DNA of 64,000 nt from Octopus sinensis (taxonomy: Eukaryota), in assembly GCF_006345805.1 (NCBI RefSeq), contig NC_042997.1, positions 169,694,001 to 169,758,000 on the forward strand. Direction: 5' to 3'. Position 1 is the first letter of the stretch. Every line of letters starts with the position of its first letter. The notes beneath the pieces were generated by a model. It worked only from the letters and a program-made list of their open reading frames with translations. It made no database searches and had not been told where the DNA came from. Position numbers and translations under genes: made by a program. Below are positions 12,404 through 22,960 of this stretch, piece after piece.

Positions 12404-14104
12404 AGAGAGAGAAAGAATAGATTTCATTGTGTTCAAGTCTCTATGAACTATAGTTTGTAATTTCATTTTTTTTTTTTTCTCTGTCTTCTTACACAGTTAT
12501 GATATTTTATCATCTTTAAATTCTTTGTGGCTTATTGGCCAAATTTTTATCATCAGACAGAGCTATGGAATTCTCTTGTTGATGATTGGAAATTTACACT
12601 GGAGATATATAGTCTGGAAAAAATCATACAACTCTTACAAGAATCCTTCTGAAAAATGCAGGGATGTATTTAAATGTATAACAGTTATATGAAACCTTGA
12701 CTGCATACATTATCACCACTGTGCTATAAAAAGAAAAATAATCCATTTGTAGCTATATTTCTTTTGAAATACACTGTTTATGTGTTTCACTCAATTTGGA
12801 AAATAATCAAGGATTCTGAGGGACTCAGTAAAATAATGAAAGTTTGATTATTAAACTGACATTTAGAACAACAAAAGGGTTCCTAAAGGGTATAATTCCA
12901 GTGTGAATACATTGTAACAAGGAATTTTCTATCCTAAAACCAACAGCATACTCAGGCTGATTGGTATTGAAAAGGTCAACACTAATATGATAGAAAATTA
13001 GCCATTATTGGTACATATGTACAGGCTATTAAATATTAATGTAAATGACGATGGTTGTATTTGAAAACCAGGCTTACAATGATCGAACTAGCTAGCTGTT
13101 TTGTGTATATTAATGTTGTAAAATATCTTTATTCTAATCTTCAGAGTAAATTATAAACAGCCTTATATATCATGATTGCTTTGTTCTTTAAATCCCTCAC
13201 ACATCACATTTGAGGCAGTATATTTTGCATCAAAATTTATAAATGGAACTTTTTGTTCTAGCTTATCACATCACATTGGAACAGAGATCCATATTTTTTA
13301 ATGAGTATGGTGAGTTTTTGTATGTTAGTGAATTTTTTGGCTTCTTAATTTCCCCACTTTAAAAAAAAATCATGCAAGGTAACAAAAGTTTATAAACACC
13401 CCCCCACACACACACACACACACGCGCACATGATGGTAACAATGATTTATCTCACCTCATGAGAAGACAGACAGGTGGAAAATCTGTTTCTCACAAATGA
13501 CTTCTAAGACAAAATAATTTACAAAATAGTAAAGTGATCAAAAACTTAAAGCAAAATGTAGCAAGGAAACCAGTAACTCTAAGTAAAAACTGATTTGAAC
13601 TGTGACAACTCATCCAACTCATGGCAGTATTGAAAAATTTTTAAATGATGCACTGAGTCATCATTACAGGGAGATACATTTAATGTCTGAGAGCTACAAG
13701 TGTTTAAGTTCAGATAGGCCAAGCAATTGCACTATAATAACACAATAGATTATAGTTACATACAAACACAACACTGCACTTACTAAAAATGTAAGAAAGT
13801 TTTAAAATAAATAAACTATAAACTTAAAGAATAAAAGTGTATCATCACCATCATCATTTTAACATCCACTGCTTCCATGCTCCATGCTTGAATGGATTAA
13901 GTGTGTAGGGTAGAGTTTCTGCAGCATTTCCAGGTTCCAGCCCTCACTTGTTTCCAAAGTGATAATCTCCTAGTCTGTTGAGCAGTGAACAGCCTAGACA
14001 TTGCTATATAGAAAACAAGGAACAAATTATACCATTTCTGTGATCCTTTTGTTTATAATCAGTGAACATATGTGAAGTCAAAGGGAAACATAAAACTCAT
14101 GAAT

Positions 14105-14575
14105 ATAGACAAATATTCTGCTCAATCCCACAGTTTTGCTTGTCAGTTGTTTGACCATAACCAGTTGAGTATGTCCCTTGATGGGTAACAATAGTGCATC
14201 TCTGATCATGGACCAAAATAGTTGGAGAGCATCATAGCCATGTATTGAGAATTCATAGCCATGTGTTGAATTCTTTGGGGTTTTAACAATTCACTTTTGG
14301 AAATATGGGTGTTTCATTTAACATTCTTAAACAACCCTTATTCAGGGACCTTTTAAGTGGAATGGGCTACTTGACCTGAAGAAAATTCTAACTGGGCAGG
14401 TCATGTGCTGTTTATCTTGATATGATATCACCTGCACATGTATGGTTCTGATGCATGTGCCTGCTGTAGCCTTATCAGACAGGTAATCATGATGGGTATA
14501 CTGGGCTTTGTATATTTTACCCCAGTGTCACTTTGATGGCATGCACTGCTCTTTCACTTAACAATAATAATAATA
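14105..14575 (+). repeat. Interspersed SINE-like repeat with (AAT)n tail
   Basis: Less AT-rich block ending GGCATGCACTGCTCTTTCACTTAACAATAATAATAAT; family recognised from memory only. Confidence 0.45.
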
Positions 14576-15094
14576 GAACATAGATGGTAAAGAAATAGAA
14601 AATACAGAACAGGTGTTTTTTGTGTTATGAGAATGTATCGATCATGTCAGATTGCTAAATATCCGTAGGAAGGGTATAACAATATCTTAAATAATAATTT
14701 AGAACTGAAAAGTAATTTTATAAGTAGCATGAAAGATGGCAGTCTTTTATATAAATGAAGATAGAACTAGCAGTAAGATCAATACCATGAAGACATTTAG
14801 AAAATCATTAACATAGTTTTAAAGGATCTATATTGAACTAGTGAAATTTTGCATAGCAATCTTTGACATTCCTACAACTATACATATCGAATATAGGTCA
14901 GAATGCAGCATTCAGAACAGAATTTATTGATGTTCAATCTACTGATTATTTGTGTTGCCAGGCCAACACATCCCCCAGCAAAGTTATAACAGCAACAACC
15001 ACAATATAAGTTGTTATAATAATAATAATGATTATAACAGCAGCAGCAATAACAACAATAATGATTAAGATGATGATGATATATTTTTTTTTTA

Positions 15095-15439
15095 ATATAG
15101 GCACAAGGCCTGAAATTTTGGGGGAGGGGACTGGTTAATTACATTGACCTGTGTTCAACTGGTACTTATTTTATTGACCCCGCAAAAGGCAAAGTTGATC
15201 TCACAATAATAATAATAATGATGATGATTTCAAATTTTTGGCTCAGAGCCAGCAGTTTTGGGGGAAAGTAGGAAGTCAATTACATTAACCCCAGTATTTG
15301 ACTGGTACTTATTTTATCAACCCTGAAAGGATGAAAAGCTAAGTTGACCTCAGCAGAATTTGAACTCAGAAAGTAGAGGCTTATGAAATGCCACTAAACA
15401 TTTTGTCTGACATGCTAACAATTCTGCCAGTTTGCTGCT

Positions 15440-15471
<32 letters not shown>

Positions 15472-15594
15472 TTCTACTATTGGCACAAGGCCTGAAATTT
15501 TGATGGAGGGGAGTAGTCAATTACATTAACCCCAGTGTTTCACTGATTCTTAATTTATCAACCCCGAAAGAATGTAAGGCAAAGTCCACCTCCT
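15095..15594 (-). mobile_element. Three stacked SINE family B copies (about 15095-15205, 15232-15440, 15472-15594)
   Basis: Each begins on + with GGCACAAGGCCTGAAATTTT or GGCTCAGAGCCAGCAGTTTT after an (AAT)n/(GAT)n tract; only the middle copy keeps the head. Confidence 0.8.
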
Positions 15595-15932
15595 TAATAA
15601 TAATAATAATTTCAGGAGTGGGTAAGCTGTGAGAACAATAACCATGTAACCATTTTTGAAATCTCTGAGCTACTGGACGATCTACTGACTAGGAAATGTC
15701 AAGATACATCAACGTTTTTTATGTAACTTTATTTGATTTTGTAAAAGAGCAATTTGGTTCATTTATTTCCATGGCTTATCAATTTGTACAGTGAGTTTCT
15801 TTGCTTTAGGTGTCAAGAAGACACTCAGCAAGAAATGGAAGCAAAACTGAAGGAAGAAGAAAAACAGTAATAATAGTTTTTGATTTAGATACAAAGACGC
15901 AATGATTTCTTTATTGGCCACGTGTGTCTATA

Positions 15933-18195
15933 CATCATCATCATCATCGTTTAGCGTCCGTTTTCCATGCTAGCATGGGTTGGACGGTTCAACTGGGGTC
16001 TGTGAAGCCAGAAGGCTTCATCAGGCCTAGTCAGATCTGGCAGTGTTTCTACGGCTGGATGCCCTTCCTAACGCCAACCACTCTGTGAGTGTAGTGGGTG
16101 CTTGTTATGTGCCACCCGCACAGGTGCCAGACAGAGCTGGCAAACGGCCACGAACAGATGGTGCTTTTTATGTGCCACCGGCACGGGGGCCAGGCGAGGC
16201 TGGCAACAGACACGAACGGATGGTGCTTTTTACGTGCCACCGGCACGAGGCCAGTCGGGGCGGTACTGGCAACGGTCACGAACGGATGGTTCTCTTACAT
16301 GCCACCGGCACTGGTAACACATCTGCAATTTCCATTGATCAATTTCGATTCTGATCCTCACTTGCCTCAACAGGTCTTCACAAGTAGAGTTTTGTGTCCC
16401 AAGAAGGGAAGGTATGCATACGTAGGCTGGCTCCATCCCATGTAGAAGGCCACGGGTTATGGACTCACTTGTCCTGCCGGGTCTTCTCGCGCACAGCACA
16501 CTTCCAGAGGACTATGTCTCTAGTCATTTCCTCAGTGAGACCTAAAGTTCGAAGGTCGTGCTTCACCACCTCGTCCCAGGTTTTCCTGGATCTGCCTCTT
16601 CCACAGGTTCCCTCAACCGCTAGGGTGTGGCACTTTTTCACACAACTATCTTCATCCATTCTTGCCACATGACCATACCAGCGCAAACGTCTCTCTTGCA
16701 CACCACAACTGATGCTTCTTAGGTCCAGCTTTTCTCTCAAGGTACTTACACTCTGCCGAGTATGAGTACTGACATTACACATCCATCGGAGCATACTGGC
16801 TTCATTTCTTGCGAGCTTACGCATATCCTCAGCAGTCACGGCCCATGTTTCCCTGCCATGTAGTATGGCTGTTCGTACACACGCATCATACAGTCTGCCT
16901 TTTACTCTGTGCGAGAGGCCTTTTGTCACCAGCAGAGGTAAGAGCTCTCTGAACTTTGCCCAAGCTATTCTTACTCTAGTAGTTACACTTTCAGCACACC
17001 CGCCCCCGCTGCTGACTTGGTCACCTAGGTAACGGAAGCTATCAACTATTTCTAGTTTTTCTCCCTGGAAAGTAACGGAAGTTGGTCTCAGAGCATTTTC
17101 AGTGTTTATTGTTCCTGAGCATCTGCCACATACAAAAACCATCTTCCTAGTTAGCCTTCCTTTGACATTGCTGCACCTCTTATGTGTCCATAGCTTACAC
17201 TTGGTGCATCTTATAGAGTTTCTACCTACACCTTTTCTACAGATCGAGCAGGGCCATCTACCTGAAGGCGTTTGTGATTTGTCTACCTTCCTACTAATTA
17301 CGACTTTGGTTTTAGCTAGATTGACTCTAAGGCCCTTTGATTCTAATCCTTGTTTCCACACCTGAAACTTCTCCTCCAGTTCTGATAGCGACTCAGCAAT
17401 TAGAGCAAGGTCATCAGCATAGAGGAGCTCCCAAGGGCATCCTGTCTTGAATTCCTCTGTTATTGCCTGGAGGACTATGATAAATAGGAGGGGGCTGAGG
17501 ACTGAGCCTTGGTGGACCCCTACCTCTACCCGGAATTCTTCACTGTACTCGTTGCCAACCCTCACCTTACTAGTAGCGTCCCTATACATGGCCCGCACAG
17601 CTCTCACTAACCATTCATCTATCCCTAGTTTCCTCATTGACCACCAGATAAGGGATCGGGGGACCCTGTCGAAGGCTTTCTCCATGTCAACAAAAGCCAG
17701 GTACAGGGGCTTATCTTTGGCTAAGTATTTCTCCTGCAGCTGCCTTACCAGGAATATAGCATCAGTGGTACTTTTCCCTGGCACAAACCCAAACTACATC
17801 TCATCTAAACTAACTCTCTAATTAGTTGGGCTATGACCCTCTCCGTAACCTTCATCACCTGATCCAACAGCTTGATACCTCTGTAGTTATTTGTATCTAG
17901 GGCATCACCTTTACCTTTGTAGCAGTTGACTATTATGCTGCTACACCAGTCATTGGGTATGACTCCTTTGTGTATCACCTGATTAACTATATGGGTGACT
18001 AGGCTATAGCCGACACTACCAGACATTTTGAGCATCTCTGCAGTGATTCCTGATGGGCCTGGGGCTTTCCCTGTCTTCATGCTTCTAATTGCCTTAACTA
18101 CCACGGAACTATCAACTCCGATAGCTGGTCCCTCTGTTGGGTCAACATTCGGCAGATTCTCTTTATCCCATTCATTTTCTTTATACAGCAACCTA
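15933..18195 (-). mobile_element. RTE-clade LINE, 5'-truncated (longest copy)
   Basis: (CAT)n tail, 3' UTR repeats, and RT ORFs 17805-18191 and 16465-17784. Confidence 0.95.
16465..18191 (-). pseudogene. RTE ORF2 reverse transcriptase with a PHD-like insertion and one frameshift near 17800-17820
   Basis: NYRGIKLLDQVMK, FVDMEKAFDRV, QGSVLSPLLF, YADD, FRYLG, RWYGHV; a small deletion relative to the 2290 copy splits the frame. Confidence 0.93.
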
Positions 18196-18435
18196 CATAC
18201 AATACATACAATACAAAATGTGTCATAGAAAATAGGTTACAAATTTAGATGTACATGCATATATATATGTGTATGTATGTATGTATATAACAAATGCTGG
18301 GTGAGGTGGAAAATATGACAGTTTAGAAATTTAATACACAAAAGAAATGCAAACAAAATAAATCCATCTTCACAGAAGTAAGAACTTGTCAGCTACATTG
18401 GATCAGAGTACCCCCACAGCTCTGATTATCTACAC

Positions 18436-18636
18436 CAGTGGTTTTCAACCAGGGTTCTGCCAGTACAGTCCAGGGGTTCCGCAAGAAGTTACAAAACTGC
18501 TAAAATCGGCAGTAATTTTTAATTCTCCTGTGCAGATATTTGTGCATAAGACTATTAAATTATTGCACAGGGTTTCCTCGAGCTAGTGGAATGTTTCCTT
18601 GGGGTTCCACTCCTGCAAAAAGGTTGAAAAGCACTA
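18436..18636. mobile_element. hAT-type MITE (201 bp)
   Basis: TIRs CAGTGGTTTTCAACC / GGTTGAAAAGCACTA; exact 8-bp TSD ATCTACAC; an inverted sister copy lies at 53849-54049. Confidence 0.9.
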
Positions 18637-20927
18637 ATCTACACCAATCATCCCACACCTAGGTTGTTGTTGCTCAGCTATTGCTAGACTGCTGATTACA
18701 CTCTTTAACAATCACTTGTCATGTAAGCAACTATCTCATCCTTAGTCATTTGGTATTTGATTTGTCCTCACGATTAGCATTAAATCAAGTAGCTGGAGAC
18801 CGCCTTTTAAATTACCATTAAGCTTCCAACACTCTTATGACTACCATCAGCCACTTTGTGATTGACTCAATAAAATATCAAGAAATATTTTAGTAATTCC
18901 ATATTTCTTTAACAGGGGATACTTCTTTTTTTGTAGTGTTTCTCTCTTCAGTGTTTATCTTTCTATAATCATTCAATATATTGGATCTTGGTTTGTTTAA
19001 GCAATGGGATGGAGTAGGGAAAACAATGGAAGGTACTTCACACATGAGCAAAAATTGCAAGAGTGTTCACATTTTGGCCACATTCAAAATATTGTATGGT
19101 TAGTTAAAAAGTTCTGCTTGATTTCTATATCGATCAATATTGGTAGTTTAAATATTCCATGTTATATCAACTCATAAAATATGTCTTCCAGGAGTGTATC
19201 CCAAGAAAAAGAACCACAACAGGTATATTAGCCTGCCAGTTTATCATTAATGCTACTTATGATTTTATTATTCCAAGTAGATTAAATCTAATTATCTTTA
19301 GCTTTCTAATTTTTTTTATTTCTCTTATTTGTAGGTAAATTTTTTCCTTAATGTTTTAATAATAGCATTAACTTTGTATTTTCTCTTCACACTAATCCAA
19401 ATTATATTTAAGAGCTATAATCAATACATGATTTAATTCTAAATTTTATGAATTTTGCATGAGAAACATACCCCATCATCTAAATATCAGCATTATTTTA
19501 TAACTGTAGCAGATTGTACACAAGTGACATTTTACAAAATAGCAAAACATTCTCTTCTAAATTCCCTTTCATTGCTCTGCTTCTATCAGGACACTCCTTG
19601 ATCAATGGTAGGCTTCCTTTCTTCTAGTTCAGTTACTCATATCACCCTATTAAGTAAAGGTCAACGTTCCTGTTTTATTACTGCCAATGTCTGTTGCACT
19701 ATATTTTCCTGTTGTAAGTCACAGTAAGAGGATGCCACCATGTTCATATGTTGTAAGCTCTTTCATTTTCCCATTTTCATGTTTTTCACTCAAAATGTGC
19801 AATTTCCTTATTCTAAATACATGTTGTGAAAGTCTGAAATCACTTGCATTTCTTCTGCAAATAAAAACTGTAGCTGAAGTACACTGCATCATCTTTCATG
19901 TCTTTCTTTTTTTAACAGTCTGTGGCATTTTATTTCTCATGGGTAATAGTTTAGCCATTTCTCAGGTGCACATGTTAAAGGGTTAAAATAAGGGTTTCCT
20001 AGTTCTTTAGTTAGTTTAAACCTGTATAAGTTTCTCGTTGTCTTATATTTCTGATATCCAGTATTACCTATTTCTTTCACCTTTCTGAGGACAATTAAAT
20101 AAATACTAATTAGATTGTTTTTTTTCTTGACTGAGAAAATATTTACTTTTCTATACATTCTCACCCACATCACAACATATCTTTCCCATAGTTGCATACC
20201 TAGGTACATGAGTATAACATGTGTCACTTCCTTACATTGTCTAGAACATTTAAGCAGATTATTTTTAATTATTAAATACAATTTGGTGTCTATATTTTCA
20301 AAATATGATTCTTTTAATTAAATTAATCAGCTTTGCTGTTAATAAGTTACAATGGGAAGTTGTTTTATCTTTTAAAATACATTGTTTTAAAACTAGTGAT
20401 AACTACTTTCCATTGAGAAATTCATTTGTATTTATGTGCAGACAAACTGGAGCATGCACACACACACACAGACAGTTGCATGCATACACACAGCCACATG
20501 CGTACATGCATGTATACACACACACATATACACACGTATGAAATGATCATTGGGTATATAGTAGTTTAGAAGTCATTCAAAATTATGGGTATTGAATATT
20601 TGTTAAAGTTCAAAATGTACATGTAACTGCTATCATAACATAATTATGTAGTTTTTATTACTTATTTTACTATTTTTGGTATATGTGAACTTTAGTTTTC
20701 TCTCTCATAGTTATCTATTTCTAAACCTAGTTTACCATGACTGTCATAGGAAGTTTCATTGAAGTGGCTTCCTGCTGCTTTCTGATAGATGAGAAACCTA
20801 AGAATTTTAGTTAGAGAGAAATGGAATTTGCGATGTTCATGTCTCTACCACAGGCATTAACAAGATAGATGAAATATTACAGCTATGACTAGAATTGAAA
20901 TTGTGTTACTGACCTCTACTCTAAAGG

Positions 20928-20966
<39 letters not shown>

Positions 20967-21254
20967 ATAATAATGAAGGGTGAAATTAATTAATTTGGAA
21001 AAATTATCAATTACACCAAGTAGTCTTCGGCATGTAAAAGCCTCATTCGAGGAAAATTTAAGTAATACTAAGCAATAAGGGTTTAGCAACGAATTGCCTT
21101 ACCACATACCGAATTTAGAAATAGCAGTCAAAGGGTTATAGCTATTTCTTCTACTAAAAAGGGAGATCTCAGTAAAAACAGCATTTGGAAGGCAGACACA
21201 AACAGGTAAGAGAGAATGAATTGACTGCAATCTATCATACATTTTTTTAGTTAT

Positions 21255-21359
21255 CTACGGACGTACGTTTCGAAATCAAGTTTTTAGGAAAGCATAAGAA
21301 TTAAATATTAAATATTAAATAATTCTATCTTACCGAAACTTCTTTTCTCTTCAGCGTAG
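21255..21359 (-). ncRNA. Type I minimal hammerhead ribozyme, copy 1
   Basis: Minus strand reads CTACG-CTGAAGA-(long helix II, GAAA..TTTC base)-GAAAC-GTAC-GTC^CGTAG. Core intact, helix I CTACG/CGTAG, predicted cleavage between 21260 and 21259. Confidence 0.88.
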
Positions 21360-21854
21360 AATACTATAATCATAAATGATTATATATTGAATTTTGAGAT
21401 ACCAGAAGGCACCAACTCAACTCAGTATCAGAGCGAGCTAGAATCCGCAACTGGTATCACCGAATTCAATTTGTGAATGAAACGATTGTGTCAACAGCCC
21501 CTTCCCACCCGCGTGTAGCCAAAACAAGATGCTGTGGTCATCTACTGAGATAAAATATGGTTATCCGTAATAATGAAGGGTGAAATTAATTAATTTGGAA
21601 AAATTATCAATTACACCAAGTAGTCTTCGGCATGTAAAAGCCTCATTCGAGGAAAATTTAAGTAATACTAAGCAATAAGGGTTTAGCAACGAATTGCCTT
21701 ACCACATACCGAATTTAGAAATAGCAGTCAAAGGGTTATAGCTATTTCTTCTACTAAAAAGGGAGATCTCAGTAAAAACAGCATTTGGAAGGCAGACACA
21801 AACAGGTAAGAGAGAATGAATTGACTGCAATCTATCATACATTTTTTTAGTTAT

Positions 21855-21959
21855 CTACGGACGTACGTTTCGAAATCAAGTTTTTAGGAAAGCATAAGAA
21901 TTAAATATTAAATATTAAATAATTCTATCTTACCGAAACTTCTTTTCTCTTCAGCGTAG
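21855..21959 (-). ncRNA. Type I minimal hammerhead ribozyme, copy 2
   Basis: Identical to copy 1 at +600; predicted cleavage between 21860 and 21859. Confidence 0.88.
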
Positions 21960-22182
21960 AATACTATAATCATAAATGATTATATATTGAATTTTGAGAT
22001 ACCAGAAGGCACCAACTCAACTCAGTATCAGAGCGAGCTAGAATCCGCAACTGGTATCACCGAATTCAATTTGTGAATGAAACGATTGTGTCAACACGCG
22101 GGTGGGAAGGGGCTGTTGACACAATCGTTTCATTCACAAATTGAATTCGGTGATACCAGTTGCGGATTCTAGCTCGCTCTGA

Positions 22183-22960
22183 CATATTTTGAGCAGCCTG
22201 TCACCCTGGTTCTCGCCTGAGTTGGAATGTAGATCATGAAGAAGTGCCAAAAATTGATCATATGGCATCATTTCCAGAAAGAAAGTTGTCGGCGTAGCTG
22301 GATCACAATTTCAATATGACACCAAGGTTGGTTTCCTCACAATGCCCATCAATGTCAGCAGGACAAGCAGAACTTTGATTTTGTCCCCTGTGGTTGGAAA
22401 CCAATCACCACCATGCCAAGGTCTGACACGATGGGGATGTTTTTCAGTATAGTCATTCATTTTGTCTGCTATATATTGGAACGTTTCATCCATCAAAAAA
22501 CTCATGGAAGATTTCCAATGGTGAACTTCCATGTTTAAGGTTTGCCTTTATGCCAGGCATACCAATAAACTCATGCCATCAGACAAAATTGTCTCTCACT
22601 TGCCACACAACATTCTGTTGTCCAGGGCCATTTACTGCTGCCCGCCTGTACCTTTAATTCACCAGAATTTGATCATCGCTATCAGAATATTCTGATTCTG
22701 AACTAGGAAAATACTCACTCTCCAAGTCATCATCCAAGCAGGGAGAAACAACTGGTGAGGTGGTGGAGCTTGGTGTAGCTTGGCACGATGACCATAAATT
22801 CGACACAACAGGATTTAATGATGAAGTTGATAGAGCTGAAGTGGTAGGTTGCAATGACCGTAACTTCAACAAAACAGAATGCAACAATGAAGTTGCATAG
22901 AAAAAATAGGGTGAATATTTCATAGAGCTGTGAAGAAAGAATCAAGCATATAATTCCAGT
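22183..22960 (-). pseudogene. piggyBac (PGBD4-like) transposase N-terminal remnant
   Basis: Acidic N-terminus (DDDLESEYFPSSESEYSDSDD), FIGMPG..SPLEIFHEFF, WFPTT..IKVLLVLLTLMGIVRKPTLVSY, and MPYDQFLALLHDLH..DRLLKI; stops and frameshifts; cut at 22183 by the inverted PLE segment. Confidence 0.8.

Larger units (their letters stand above)
20962..22182 (-). mobile_element. Non-coding PLE pseudo-LTR / retrozyme-like element: 600-bp tandem repeat plus inverted 5' segment
   Basis: 20962-21561 and 21562-22096 are near-identical with period 600; 22094-22182 is the reverse complement of 21428-21516; the 3' end abuts (TA)n; each unit holds a hammerhead. Confidence 0.85.
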
